A stretch of DNA of 62,648 nt, the filler included. It is 8 parts of 8 records of this genome, joined end to end, with 100 filler letters (N's around TTAATTAATTAA, not from the genome) between each part and the next. Parts side by side here need not be neighbours in the genome. Positions count along the whole stretch, not along the records: positions 27,954 to 37,762 come from DRR723986_8025; positions 37,863 to 45,000 come from DRR723986_8027; 6 more parts are not named here. The stretch is one strand, 5' to 3'. Position numbers and translations under genes: made by a program. How positions within the stretch are numbered: the stretch's first letter is position 1; every line of letters begins with the position of its first letter. Of this stretch, positions 27,992 to 38,439 are shown in pieces. The notes beneath the pieces were generated by a model. It did no database searches and had not been told where the DNA came from. It was given only the letters and a program-made list of their open reading frames with translations.

Positions 27992-29172
27992 CGAAACGCT
28001 CGATTACGGTTCTTGGCGCAACCGGCTCCATCGGCTTGAGTACCCTGGATGTTATTCGCAGGCATCCGGATCGCTTTTCAGTGTATGCCCTGACCGCAGG
28101 AACCCGGGCAGAGGAATTGGCAACCCTGTGCCGTGAATTTCGACCGGCCGTTGCGGTGATGGCCGATTCAGAAGCTGCTGAACGCCTGAAGGCGCTGTTG
28201 GCGGATATGCCCGAGCCCCGAGTGCTGGCGGGAGAAACGGGGCTCTGTGAGGTGGCGGCTTCAGCGGAGTCGGACACCGTGATGGCTGCCATTGTCGGCG
28301 CTGCCGGCCTGGCGCCAACGCTGGCCGCAGTCCGAGCCGGCAAACGCGTTCTTCTTGCCAACAAAGAAGCGTTGGTGATGTCCGGCAAACTGTTTATGGA
28401 CGCGGTTGAGCGCCACGGGGCCGAGCTGCTGCCCATTGACTCCGAGCATAATGCCATTTTTCAGTGTATGCCGGCGGACAAGGTGCGAGACCCTCATGGC
28501 GCGGGTATTACCCGTATCCTTCTGACCGCCTCCGGCGGACCTTTCCGGGAGTCTGCGGCTGAGGACCTGCGGGCGGTGACGCCGGCCCAGGCCTGCGCCC
28601 ATCCTAACTGGTCAATGGGCCAGAAGATTTCTGTGGACTCTGCAACCCTGATGAACAAGGGCCTGGAGTTGATTGAAGCCTGCTGGCTGTTCAATACCAC
28701 GCCGGCAAACGTGCAGGTTCATGTCCACCCCGAAAGCATCATTCACTCCATGGTTGAATATGCCGACGGCTCGGTGCTTGCCCAGTTGGGAAGCCCGGAT
28801 ATGCGTACACCCATTGCCAATGGCTTGGCCTGGCCTGAGCGTATTGAGGCTGGTGTTGCGCCCCTGGATTTGTTCGCCATTGGCCGTTTTCACTTTGAGC
28901 GCCCGGATTTGCAGCGTTTCCCCTGTTTGCGCCTTGCGGCCGAAGCCTTTGCTGCCGGCGGTACAGCGCCAGCGGTACTCAATGCGGCGAACGAGGTTGC
29001 AGTGGCGGCGTTTCTGGAAGGCCGGCTGTGCTTTGCCGATATCCCCGTTATTATAGAGCGAACCCTGACGGCCACAGAAGTTGTGCCGGCGGACAGCTTT
29101 GACACTATTTTCGCGAAAGATGCCGAGGCTCGCCGCCGGGCCAGGGAACAGATCAGCCTGCTGGCTGTCTGA
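27988..29172 (+). CDS. dxr: 1-deoxy-D-xylulose-5-phosphate reductoisomerase
   Basis: [48 protein letters not shown]. Confidence 0.97.
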   Translation: MTKRSITVLGATGSIGLSTLDVIRRHPDRFSVYALTAGTRAEELATLCREFRPAVAVMADSEAAERLKALLADMPEPRVLAGETGLCEVAASAESDTVMAAIVGAAGLAPTLAAVRAGKRVLLANKEALVMSGKLFMDAVERHGAELLPIDSEHNAIFQCMPADKVRDPHGAGITRILLTASGGPFRESAAEDLRAVTPAQACAHPNWSMGQKISVDSATLMNKGLELIEACWLFNTTPANVQVHVHPESIIHSMVEYADGSVLAQLGSPDMRTPIANGLAWPERIEAGVAPLDLFAIGRFHFERPDLQRFPCLRLAAEAFAAGGTAPAVLNAANEVAVAAFLEGRLCFADIPVIIERTLTATEVVPADSFDTIFAKDAEARRRAREQISLLAV

Positions 29173-29221
29173 CGTCCCTGGGCCTGACAGGCCGCTCATT
29201 CAGCCATAAACCGGAACGTCT

Positions 29222-30571
29222 ATGCAGATCATTCAAACCGTACTGGCACTGGCGCTTACCCTTGGAATTCTGGTAACGCTGCATGAATACGGCCATTTCT
29301 GGGTGGCACGCCGATTCGGTGTGAAGGTGCTTCGTTTTTCCGTGGGGTTCGGTAAGCCATTGTTCTCATGGTATGACCGTCACGGAACCGAATTTGCGGT
29401 GGCGGCTATCCCCCTGGGTGGCTACGTGAAAATGCTGGATGAGCGGGAAGGGCCGGTACCGGAAGAACTGCGCGATCAGGCGTTTACCTCGAAACCGCCC
29501 TCCGAGCGCATCGCCATTGCGGCTGCCGGCCCAATTGCCAATTTTCTGTTCGCGATTCTCGCTTACTGGGTGTTGAGCGTGGTCGGTGTTACCACGGTTG
29601 CGCCGGTCGTTGGCGAGGTGGCTCAGGGCAGTGTTGCCGAACGGGCAGGGCTGGAAAGCGGAATGGAGATCCATGCCGTTGACGGCCACCGGGTGACGTC
29701 CTGGCGAGACGTTAACATGCGGTTGCTCGAAAGGGCAGGAGAGTACGGTCAGGTTTCTCTGGAGATTTCCCGGGATGGCTCTCGGGGCACCGTAGCGGGT
29801 TCATTGGACGGATGGCGCCTGAGCGATGATACTCCGAACCCGCTGGCGGAATTCGGGATATCCCCCTGGCGGCCGGATGTGCCTGCGGTGCTGGGTGAGG
29901 TGACTGCCGATGGTCGGGCAAACGCGGCCGGGCTGAAAGGCGGTGACCGCATACTGGCTGTTGATGGCGAGCCGGTACCGGACTGGTTCGCTCTGGTGGA
30001 GCATATTCGGAACGCCCCGGAACAGACTCTGGAACTGACCATTGAGCGCTCTGGCGATGAATTGAATGTTCCGGTAACACCTGCTTCGAGAACGCTTGAG
30101 GATGGTCAGGTCGTTGGTTTCGTAGGTGCCGGCGTAAGCGCAGTGAACTGGCCTGACGAACTGTTGCGGGAGGTCCGCTACGGGCCTTTGGCGGCGATAC
30201 CGAATGCTGTGAATGAAACCTGGGCCGACACACGCCTGACCCTGGTGGCGATTAAAAAAATGATCACCGGGCTGCTGTCTCCGACCAATCTCAGTGGACC
30301 GATTACCATTGCCCGGGTTGCCGAGGCGAGTGTCAGCTCGGGGTTCGAAGACTTTGTGCGCTTTCTGGCGTATCTGAGTGTCAGTCTTGGCGTACTTAAC
30401 CTGCTCCCCGTTCCGGTTCTGGATGGTGGGCACATTGTGTACTACACCATCGAAGCCATTCGCCGGAAGCCACTTTCCGAGCAGGCCCAGGCCTTTGGAT
30501 TACGAATCGGTATGGCTTTGATACTGACTTTAATGGTGTTTGCTCTTTACAACGACCTGATGCGGTTGTGA
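29222..30571 (+). CDS. rseP: RIP metalloprotease RseP
   Basis: HEYGH, two PDZ-like domains, NLLPVPVLDGGH. Confidence 0.96.
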   Translation: MQIIQTVLALALTLGILVTLHEYGHFWVARRFGVKVLRFSVGFGKPLFSWYDRHGTEFAVAAIPLGGYVKMLDEREGPVPEELRDQAFTSKPPSERIAIAAAGPIANFLFAILAYWVLSVVGVTTVAPVVGEVAQGSVAERAGLESGMEIHAVDGHRVTSWRDVNMRLLERAGEYGQVSLEISRDGSRGTVAGSLDGWRLSDDTPNPLAEFGISPWRPDVPAVLGEVTADGRANAAGLKGGDRILAVDGEPVPDWFALVEHIRNAPEQTLELTIERSGDELNVPVTPASRTLEDGQVVGFVGAGVSAVNWPDELLREVRYGPLAAIPNAVNETWADTRLTLVAIKKMITGLLSPTNLSGPITIARVAEASVSSGFEDFVRFLAYLSVSLGVLNLLPVPVLDGGHIVYYTIEAIRRKPLSEQAQAFGLRIGMALILTLMVFALYNDLMRL

Positions 30572-30616
30572 GAATTGCGGGCTCCTTACCGCACATTAAC
30601 CAGGCGAAATAACTGA

Positions 30617-32935
30617 ATGAGACGTTCCCTTCTAGCTGTAGCCGTTGGCCTAGCAATTACCGCAACCGGTATAAAGCCAGCGCTGGCGGATGAATTCACG
30701 GTTGCGGATATCGAGGTAGAGGGCCTTCAGCGGGTTTCAGCGGGTTCTGTGTTTTCGGCTTTTCCGGTGAACATCGGCGAGCGTATGGACGAGACCCGGT
30801 TGGGCGACGCCATCAAGGATCTGTTCCGGACCGGATTGTTTACGGATATTCAGGCCAGTCGTGATGAGGGTGTGCTGATTCTGTCGGTGCGTGAACGCCC
30901 GTCGATTTCCTCTATTGAGATCGAGGGTAACAAGAATATCGAAACCGAGATGCTGATGGATGCCCTGGCCGGTGCGGGCCTGGAGGAAGGTCAGGTATTT
31001 CGGCGTGCTACCCTGGAGAAACTGGAACTGGAGATCCTTCGCTCCTACATCGCCCAGGGCCGCTACAACGCAAGAGTAAAAGCCACCGCGGAAGAGTTAC
31101 CCAGGAACCGTGTTGCCATTCGCCTGGACATCAACGAGGGTTCTGTCGCTGCCATTCAACACATCAATATTGTTGGGAACGAAGATTTCAGTGATGAAGA
31201 ACTCATCGGCCTCTTCGAGTTGCGTACCAGTAGCTGGTGGAACTCGCTGACCAACAAAGATAAATACGCCCGGGAACGTCTGAGCGGGGATCTGGAGTCT
31301 CTGCGTTCGTTTTATCTTGATCGCGGCTATCTGGACTTCAACGTTGAATCCAGCCAGGTGTCCATCTCGCCGGACAAGCAGGAAGTCTTTATCGCCATCG
31401 CCGTTAATGAAGGCCCCCAATACACCATCTCCGACATTCGCTTGCGCGGTGAGCTGATTGTCGGTGAGGAAGAGCTACGGAAATTCATTCCGGTTAAAGA
31501 AGGCGATGTATTCTCCCGTGCACAGATGACGGCGATTTCCGAAGCGCTCTCGTTCCGGCTCGGCCGCGAAGGCTATGCGTTTGCCAACGTCAATGCGGTA
31601 CCGGAGCCGGGTGAAGACAATACAGCTGCGGTTACCTTCTTCGTGGAGCCCGGCAAACGGGCCTATGTCCGCCGGGTGAACTTCGACGGCAACGTGTCCA
31701 CTAAGGATGAGGTGCTGCGCCAGGAGATGACCCAGATGGAGGGCGGGGTAGCCTCGTCCGATCGCATCGAGTTCTCCAAGACCCGTCTTGAGCGCCTGGG
31801 TTACTTCCAGACTGTTGATGTTGAAACGGTCCCGGTACCCGGCACCGATGACCTGGTCGATGTGAACTACAGCGTGCAGGAACAACCAACGGGCAGCTTG
31901 TCCGCATCGGTGGGTTTCTCGCAAAACTCGGGCGTGATTCTGGGCGCGTCTGTGTCCGAGAATAATTTCTTCGGTACCGGTAAGCGCGTCTCGTTTGGTG
32001 TGAACGTCAGCGATTCGGTGAAAAGCGCCAATATTTCTTATCTGGATCCATACTATACGGTGGACGGGGTAAGCCGGGGCTTCAGTTTGTTTGCCCGTGA
32101 GACCGATTACGAGGAAGAGGATATTTCCTCCTACCTGCTGGATGAATACGGTGGCAGGATAACGTTCGGGTATCCGACAGATTCCATCACCCGTTTGAAT
32201 TTTGGTGCCGGCGTTACCCAATCCCATATCAAGCCGGGTGTGTTTTCAGCGCAGGAAGTTCGCGATTTTATTGCCGATGAGGGGGATTCGTTTACCAACT
32301 ACTTCCTGTTTGGTAGCTGGCGTCGCAGTACCCTTAACCGGGGGGTTCTGCCAACCAACGGATATAGTCACTCCTTTTCCATTGATGTAGCCGTTCCGGG
32401 TAGCGACCTGACTTTCTACAAGGCAAGCTATAAAACAGATTTCTATTATCCGCTGACAGATTCCAACAACTGGGTGTTCCGGGCGAGATCCGAGCTTGGG
32501 TATGGAGACGGTTACGGAGACCGAAGTCAGATGCCGTTCTTCGAACATTTCTATTCCGGCGGCTATGGCTCTGTCCGGGGATATGAAGCAAACTCTCTGG
32601 GCAATAAAGCGGAGCGGGCTGAAGGGGATTTCTCGGATCCTGATCCGTTCGGCGGTAACGTTCTGACAGAAGGCGGGCTGGAGCTGATCTTCCCGACGCC
32701 CTTTGCTGGCGATACCCGATCAATGCGCACCTCTCTCTTTGTAGACGCCGGCCAGGTGTTTGATACTGAAAGGGGTTTTGATCCCGAGTTAGGAGAGGTA
32801 CGGACTTCGGCCGGAATCAGTTTCCAGTGGATTACTGCGGTAGGTCCGCTGGCTTTCAGTCTGGCCAAGCCGCTGAACGATAAATCTGGTGACGATACCC
32901 AGGTCTTCCAGTTCTCACTGGGGCAGACGTTCTGA
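30617..32935 (+). CDS. bamA: Outer-membrane assembly factor BamA
   Basis: POTRA repeats, VRGY motif, C-terminal FQFSLGQTF. Confidence 0.97.
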   Translation: MRRSLLAVAVGLAITATGIKPALADEFTVADIEVEGLQRVSAGSVFSAFPVNIGERMDETRLGDAIKDLFRTGLFTDIQASRDEGVLILSVRERPSISSIEIEGNKNIETEMLMDALAGAGLEEGQVFRRATLEKLELEILRSYIAQGRYNARVKATAEELPRNRVAIRLDINEGSVAAIQHINIVGNEDFSDEELIGLFELRTSSWWNSLTNKDKYARERLSGDLESLRSFYLDRGYLDFNVESSQVSISPDKQEVFIAIAVNEGPQYTISDIRLRGELIVGEEELRKFIPVKEGDVFSRAQMTAISEALSFRLGREGYAFANVNAVPEPGEDNTAAVTFFVEPGKRAYVRRVNFDGNVSTKDEVLRQEMTQMEGGVASSDRIEFSKTRLERLGYFQTVDVETVPVPGTDDLVDVNYSVQEQPTGSLSASVGFSQNSGVILGASVSENNFFGTGKRVSFGVNVSDSVKSANISYLDPYYTVDGVSRGFSLFARETDYEEEDISSYLLDEYGGRITFGYPTDSITRLNFGAGVTQSHIKPGVFSAQEVRDFIADEGDSFTNYFLFGSWRRSTLNRGVLPTNGYSHSFSIDVAVPGSDLTFYKASYKTDFYYPLTDSNNWVFRARSELGYGDGYGDRSQMPFFEHFYSGGYGSVRGYEANSLGNKAERAEGDFSDPDPFGGNVLTEGGLELIFPTPFAGDTRSMRTSLFVDAGQVFDTERGFDPELGEVRTSAGISFQWITAVGPLAFSLAKPLNDKSGDDTQVFQFSLGQTF

Positions 32936-32978
32936 CCGGGCTATAAAAAAAGAAAGAATGAAACAAAGGAGAAGATTG

Positions 32979-33476
32979 ATGACCCGTTTGATGACTATCC
33001 TAGCCGCCGCTCTTATGGCTTTCTCGGCCCAGGTGGCGGCGGAGACCCGTATTGGTGTGGTGGATCTGCGCCAGGCCCTGTTCTCTTCCAATGATGCCCA
33101 GGCCTTCAGCGAAAAACTCCAGCAGGATTTTGCCGGCGACGAAGCCCAGGTGCGTGAAGCTCAGGAGGCCGCTCGCAAGTTAAAGGATCGGCTTGAGAAG
33201 GACGGCGCCATGATGAACGAGAGCGAGCGTAATCAGTTGGCCGCCGAGTTTCAGGAAAAGGTAAAGGAGTTCAATTTCCTCAAGCAGCGCCTCGACGCTA
33301 CTGTTAACCAGCGCAAGCAGCAGTTTCTGGAAGGTGCGCGCCCTGAGGTAGACGCCGCTGTGAAGGAGCTCCTGGAGGAAAATGACCTTGATCTGATTCT
33401 GCCCAGCGAAGCGGTGGTTTACGTTAAGCCGGAGATGAATCTGACCACACAACTGCTTGAAAAACTGAACCAGTGA
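32979..33476 (+). CDS. skp: OmpH/Skp periplasmic chaperone
   Basis: AGGAGA RBS, signal peptide, IGVVD, coiled-coil body; lies between bamA and lpxD. Confidence 0.92.
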   Translation: MTRLMTILAAALMAFSAQVAAETRIGVVDLRQALFSSNDAQAFSEKLQQDFAGDEAQVREAQEAARKLKDRLEKDGAMMNESERNQLAAEFQEKVKEFNFLKQRLDATVNQRKQQFLEGARPEVDAAVKELLEENDLDLILPSEAVVYVKPEMNLTTQLLEKLNQ

Positions 33477-33517
33477 TGTAGAAAGGGGCTCCCCGGCCCC
33501 TGTGTTTGGAGAAAACG

Positions 33518-34543
33518 ATGACACAGAAGTCCTATCGGCTGCAGGAGATTGCCGAGGCATTGGGAGCGAGCCTCCGGGGAGACCCTGATATCCGTATTAC
33601 CGGGCTTGCCACCTTGCAGGCGGCCGTCCCTGGCCAGATCAGTTTTCTGGCAAATCCCTCCTATGCCAAATACCTGAGAGATACCCGGGCGTCAGCGGTG
33701 ATTGTGTCCTCGGCTGCGGCGGATGATGTTCCGACCAATGTCCTGTTACTGGACAACCCCTACCTGGGCTATGCTCACCTCAGTCATTGGTTTGATCCGG
33801 CTCCCAAGGCTTCCCCAGGCATTCATCCAACTGCCGTGGTTGATGAGTCTGCCAGTATTCCCGAATCCGCATCCATAGGCCCGCATGTTGTGATTGAGGC
33901 CGGGGTTTGTATTGGTGAGCGCGTAGCGATCGGTGCTGGCAGTTTTATCGGGGCGAGAGCGAGTATCGGAGACGACAGTATCCTTCGGCCCCGTGTCACG
34001 CTTGCACATGATGTGGTTGTCGGTAAGCGCTGTCACATTCTCAGTGGTGCGGTGATTGGTTCCGACGGCTTCGGCTTTGCCAACGAAAAAGGCGTCTGGC
34101 ACCGCATCGCGCAGCTTGGTGCCGTGGTGCTGGGCGACGACGTGGAGGTTGGCGCCAATACCACCATAGACCGTGGCGCCCTGAACGACACCACCATAGG
34201 TAACGGCGTAAAGCTGGACAATCTGATTCAGATTGCCCACAACGTACAGATTGGTGATCACAGCGCAATGGCGGCCAAAGTCGGAATTGCAGGTAGCACC
34301 CGGATTGGCAATCACTGCGTGTTTGGTGGCGCCTCTGGCGTGGCTGGCCACCTTGAGATAGCCGATCAGGTTCACCTCACCGGCATGACTCTGGTAACGG
34401 GTGATATTCGTGAATCGGGGGTCTACTCCTCCGGCACCAGTGCGGATACCAATCGCCAATGGCGGAAAAATGCCGTCCGTTTTCGTCAACTGGATGCTCT
34501 GGCGCGACGGATCAAAGAACTGGAAAAGAAATTAGAGGGCTGA
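33518..34543 (+). CDS. lpxD: UDP-3-O-acyl-glucosamine N-acyltransferase
   Basis: Hexapeptide repeats, [29 protein letters not shown]. Confidence 0.96.
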   Translation: MTQKSYRLQEIAEALGASLRGDPDIRITGLATLQAAVPGQISFLANPSYAKYLRDTRASAVIVSSAAADDVPTNVLLLDNPYLGYAHLSHWFDPAPKASPGIHPTAVVDESASIPESASIGPHVVIEAGVCIGERVAIGAGSFIGARASIGDDSILRPRVTLAHDVVVGKRCHILSGAVIGSDGFGFANEKGVWHRIAQLGAVVLGDDVEVGANTTIDRGALNDTTIGNGVKLDNLIQIAHNVQIGDHSAMAAKVGIAGSTRIGNHCVFGGASGVAGHLEIADQVHLTGMTLVTGDIRESGVYSSGTSADTNRQWRKNAVRFRQLDALARRIKELEKKLEG

Positions 34544-34554
34544 GGCCGATCAAG

Positions 34555-34992
34555 ATGATGCACATCGATGAAATTCTGGAGTACCTGCCGCACCGTTACC
34601 CCTTTTTGCTGGTGGATCGGGTGACTGAGGTCGAAAAAGGGAAGTCGATCAAGGGGTACAAGAATGTATCGTTCAATGAGCCCTTTTTTACTGGTCATTT
34701 TCCGGACAATCCGATTATGCCGGGTGTCCTGATTATTGAAGCCATGGCGCAATTGTCGGGGATTCTTGGTTTTGTGACTGTGGAACGGAAACCGTCGGAC
34801 GGCGTGGTACAATATCTGGCTGGATCCAGTAAAGCGCGTTTCAAGCGCCCCGTTTTACCGGGTGATCGCTTGGATATGGAGTCTGAGTTTATCTCCGGCA
34901 AGCGCGGTATCTGGAAGTTTGATTGCCGTGCTCTCGTAGATGGCGAGGTAGTGTGCGTGGCAGAAATACTTACCGCTGAGAGAGAAGTTTGA
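34555..34992 (+). CDS. fabZ: 3-hydroxyacyl-ACP dehydratase
   Basis: [13 protein letters not shown] and [21 protein letters not shown]. Confidence 0.97.
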   Translation: MMHIDEILEYLPHRYPFLLVDRVTEVEKGKSIKGYKNVSFNEPFFTGHFPDNPIMPGVLIIEAMAQLSGILGFVTVERKPSDGVVQYLAGSSKARFKRPVLPGDRLDMESEFISGKRGIWKFDCRALVDGEVVCVAEILTAEREV

Positions 34993-35783
34993 TGGCGACA
35001 AATGACTGGTCGGGTGTCCATCCTCAAGCGATTGTGGACCCGTCAGCCAAACTGGCGGATAACGTGACGGTTGGCCCCTGGAGCTATATTGGTCCGGGGG
35101 TGGAGATTGGTGAAGGCACCGAGATTCTCTCTCACGTGGTCATCAAGGGGCCGACGGTAATTGGCCGTAACAACCGAATCTTCCAGTTCTCCAGCATCGG
35201 CGAAGAGTGCCAGGACAAGAAATACGCTGGTGAGCCGACCACGCTGGTCATTGGTGATTACAATGTTATCCGCGAGAATTGCACTATTCATCGTGGCACC
35301 ATTCAGGATCGGGGTGAGACCAGGATCGGTAATGGCAATTTGCTGATGGCTTATGTGCACGTGGCTCACGACTGTATTGTCGGCAACCATACCATTCTGG
35401 CCAACTGTGCCACGCTGGCAGGGCATGTATCGGTAGGAGATCATGCCATTCTGGGCGGCGGTACCATGGTGCATCAGTTCTGCCATATCGGGCCCCACAG
35501 CATGGCTGCCGGGGGCAGTATCGTGCTCAAGGATATTCCCGCCTATGTCATGGCCAGCGGCCAGTCTGCCCAACCTCATGGAATGAATGTGGAAGGGCTG
35601 AAGCGTCGTGGTTTTGCCAAGGATACGCTCCTGAGTCTCCGCAGAGCCTATAAGGTGGTCTACCGCCAGGGTCTGACGACGGAGCAGGCCATCGAAGAGC
35701 TTGAGCGCAACTTTGCCGATGTCCCTGAGGTTCTCCCGTTGATTGACTCGCTCAAGGGAGCGGATCGCGGCATCATCCGTTAA
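34992..35783 (+). CDS. lpxA: UDP-N-acetylglucosamine acyltransferase
   Basis: QDKKY.GE.T, IHRGT, MAYVHVAHDC, LAGHV, HQFC. Confidence 0.97.
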   Translation: MATNDWSGVHPQAIVDPSAKLADNVTVGPWSYIGPGVEIGEGTEILSHVVIKGPTVIGRNNRIFQFSSIGEECQDKKYAGEPTTLVIGDYNVIRENCTIHRGTIQDRGETRIGNGNLLMAYVHVAHDCIVGNHTILANCATLAGHVSVGDHAILGGGTMVHQFCHIGPHSMAAGGSIVLKDIPAYVMASGQSAQPHGMNVEGLKRRGFAKDTLLSLRRAYKVVYRQGLTTEQAIEELERNFADVPEVLPLIDSLKGADRGIIR

Positions 35784-35801
35784 GCCAGCCGGAGGCCGCT
35801 G

Positions 35802-36980
35802 GTGACAAAGCTAAAGGCCAATTCGGCCACATTCTCAGGGCGAACCATCGCCATCATTGCCGGCGAGGCATCGGGAGATATTCTCGGTGCCGGGCTGATT
35901 CGTGCGCTACGAAAGCGTTACCCGAAGGCTCGTTTTGTCGGTATCGGCGGTGATGAAATGATCGCTGAGGGTTTTCACTCGCTGGTGCCAATGGAACGGC
36001 TTTCCGTGATGGGTCTGGTGGAAGTGCTTGGCCGGATCCGTGAGCTGTTCAGTATCCGTGCGCGCTTGCTGGATTATCTGTTTACTACCCCTCCGGATGT
36101 TGTGATTGGAATCGATTCACCGGATTTTACGTTGGCCATCGAACGTCGGTGCCGGGAAGCAGGCATTCCCTCTGCACACTACGTGAGTCCTTCAGTTTGG
36201 GCCTGGCGCCAGAAGCGTATCTTCAAGATTGCCAAGTCTGTCGACCTTATGCTGACGTTGTTCCCCTTTGAGGCCCGGTTTTATGAGGAGCACCATGTGC
36301 CTGTGTCGTTTGTGGGGCACCCCCTGGCTGACAGGATAGCGCTGGAACCGGATACTCTGGCTGCGCGTGAGAGCCTCGGTCTTGAGGTGGATAAACCTGT
36401 GCTGGCGGTGTTGCCGGGTAGTCGGGGTGGTGAGGTTGAGCGCCTCGGCACTCTGTTTCTCGAAGCGTCCCGTTGGCTCCAGGCACGTCGCCCGGATCTG
36501 CAGCTGGTTATTCCCTGCGTCAATCGGGATCGTGAGCGGCAGGTGCGTGAGCTGGTTGAATCCCTGGAGGTGAGCTTGCCGGTCACGCTGGTTCGTGGTC
36601 GGTCGAGGGAGGTGATGGCTGCCAGCGATGTGGTGCTGCTGGCGTCGGGTACCGCGACACTGGAGGCGATGTTACTGAAAAAACCGATGGTGGTAGGTTA
36701 CCGGCTCAGCGATTTCAGTTACAAGATACTGTCCAGATTGGTCAAGGTTCCCTGGGTGGCGCTTCCTAATTTGCTGGCCCAGGAGCAACTGGTGCCCGAG
36801 TTGTTACAGGACGACGCAACGCCGGAGAAGTTGGGGGCGGCGGTTCTGGAAAGGCTGGAAAACGAACAGGAGCGCGACAGGCTGCATCAGGCGTTTCTGG
36901 AGTTGCACCAGACGCTGCGCCAGAGCGCCGACGAACGTGCGGCGGCAGCGGTGTCTGAGCTGCTGGAGTCCCGAAGCTGA
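35802..36980 (+). CDS. lpxB: Lipid-A-disaccharide synthase
   Basis: [37 protein letters not shown]. Confidence 0.96.
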   Translation: MTKLKANSATFSGRTIAIIAGEASGDILGAGLIRALRKRYPKARFVGIGGDEMIAEGFHSLVPMERLSVMGLVEVLGRIRELFSIRARLLDYLFTTPPDVVIGIDSPDFTLAIERRCREAGIPSAHYVSPSVWAWRQKRIFKIAKSVDLMLTLFPFEARFYEEHHVPVSFVGHPLADRIALEPDTLAARESLGLEVDKPVLAVLPGSRGGEVERLGTLFLEASRWLQARRPDLQLVIPCVNRDRERQVRELVESLEVSLPVTLVRGRSREVMAASDVVLLASGTATLEAMLLKKPMVVGYRLSDFSYKILSRLVKVPWVALPNLLAQEQLVPELLQDDATPEKLGAAVLERLENEQERDRLHQAFLELHQTLRQSADERAAAAVSELLESRS

Positions 36981-37663
36981 TGGCGGCCAAGGCATTACCT
37001 CCTTTTGAATGTTCCTATCGCGGCTCGCTGCTGGCCGGTGTGGATGAAGTGGGGCGCGGCCCGCTCATCGGAGCGGTTGTGACGGCCGCTGTGATTCTTG
37101 ATCCAGCGCGGCCTATCCCCGGGCTGGCGGATTCCAAAAAGCTTACCGAAAAGAAACGCCTGCGATTATATGACGATATTCTGGAAAACGCGGCTGCCTG
37201 GAGCCTGGGCCGATGCGAGGCCAGTGAAATCGACGAGCTGAATATCTATCAGGCGACAATGCTGGCCATGAAGCGTGCCGTTGAAGGGCTCTCGATAGCC
37301 CCGGAGTACGTTCTTGTGGACGGGAACCGTTGCCCGAAGTGGCGTTGGCCATCCGAGCCCGTGATCAAAGGTGATAGTCGGGTTGAGGCGATCAGTGCTG
37401 CCTCCATCCTGGCAAAGGTGACGCGAGATCGCGAGATGGAGGCGCTGGATGTCCGGTTTCCGGGTTTTGGGCTCGCCCAGCACAAAGGGTACCCCACGCC
37501 TGTGCATCTCGAGGCGCTCAATCGCCTTGGGGTGACCCCGGAGCATCGCCGATCCTTTCGGCCGGTAAAGATGGCGCTGGATACCGTCGGGGTTTATGGA
37601 GGTTCGTCCGCGCCTGTTCAGGAGTTGAACTATCCTGCCGATTTATTTGAAAATATCGATTGA
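36980..37663 (+). CDS. rnhB: Ribonuclease HII
   Basis: [37 protein letters not shown]. Confidence 0.96.
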   Translation: MAAKALPPFECSYRGSLLAGVDEVGRGPLIGAVVTAAVILDPARPIPGLADSKKLTEKKRLRLYDDILENAAAWSLGRCEASEIDELNIYQATMLAMKRAVEGLSIAPEYVLVDGNRCPKWRWPSEPVIKGDSRVEAISAASILAKVTRDREMEALDVRFPGFGLAQHKGYPTPVHLEALNRLGVTPEHRRSFRPVKMALDTVGVYGGSSAPVQELNYPADLFENID

Positions 37664-37688
37664 CAGGGTGCGGGGCCGGCGGTAGTAT
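37660..37688 (+). promoter_or_regulatory. Sigma70 promoter for the tRNA gene, with GC-rich discriminator
   Basis: TTGACA (37660-65), 17-nt spacer, TAGTAT (37683-88), then ACGCGCCAC. Confidence 0.8.
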
Positions 37689-37732
37689 ACGCGCCACGTT
37701 GACAGGGGTAGCCCGGTTGACAAACAGTTTGA

Positions 37733-37762
37733 TGCGGGGTGGAGCAGTCTGGTAGCTCGTCG
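37733..37762 (+). tRNA. Initiator tRNA-Met 5' fragment (truncated)
   Basis: TGCGGGGTGGAGCAGTCTGGTAGCTCGTCG matches the bacterial tRNA-fMet 5' half; the anticodon is not visible. Confidence 0.85.
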
Positions 37763-37862
37763 NNNNNNNNNNNNNNNNNNNNNNNNNNNNNNNNNNNNNN
37801 NNNNNNTTAATTAATTAANNNNNNNNNNNNNNNNNNNNNNNNNNNNNNNNNNNNNNNNNNNN
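37763..37862. other. Artificial contig spacer
   Basis: N44-TTAATTAATTAA-N44. Confidence 0.98.
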
Positions 37863-38082
37863 CGCCATCGCGATGGAGCCGATGGGCCATATCGCTGGCA
37901 TGGCGGCCAGTGTGATCGGCTCGGTTGCAACGGTGGCGGGGGCGGTTTTTGCAATGCCTGTCGGGCTGGTCTTTGACGGCACGCTTTTGCCGCTGTCAGC
38001 GGGGTTGACGGCTGTGAACCTAGGCGCCTGGGCCACGCTGGTATATATGCGCAAGGTCGAACAGCGCCTGGGCCTGCGCTAG
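37863..38082 (+). CDS. C-terminus of a Bcr/CflA-type MFS efflux transporter (5' truncated)
   Basis: AIAMEPMGHIAGMAASVIGSVAT...VGLVFDGTLLPL. Confidence 0.8.
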
Positions 38083-38220
38083 CCCTACCCGGCTGGGCGC
38101 GCCCCTATCCGTTTGGCCCTGCGCGCCGCGCTACACCGCGGCAATCCTGCGCCGTTTGGCTTTGTGGAAACGCGCTGCACCCTGCCTATGGCACCTATCT
38201 GTGAAAGGAGTGCTGTTTTT

Positions 38221-38427
38221 ATGTCAGCACCAGATACGAACACGATCAGATCGCTGATCGTGACCAATGCCGATTTGTCCGGCATGTCGCTTGCAACGCG
38301 CATTTTTATTGGCCGCCTGCGCATCGAGGTGGCCAACAACCCCTCTTGCCTGGAAGACAAGATCGCCGAGCTATCGGGGTTTGTGGGCACAAACACCTTT
38401 GCCGCCACCGATTTGGCCCTGATTTAA
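38221..38427 (+). CDS. Small hypothetical protein (68 aa), probably co-transcribed with the FIST-like gene
   Basis: GAAAGGAG RBS, ATG at 38221, amphipathic-helical sequence MSAPDTNTIRSLIVTNADLSGMSLATRIFIGRLRIEV...; 12-nt gap to the next gene. Confidence 0.7.
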   Translation: MSAPDTNTIRSLIVTNADLSGMSLATRIFIGRLRIEVANNPSCLEDKIAELSGFVGTNTFAATDLALI

Positions 38428-38439
38428 GCGGATAATATC

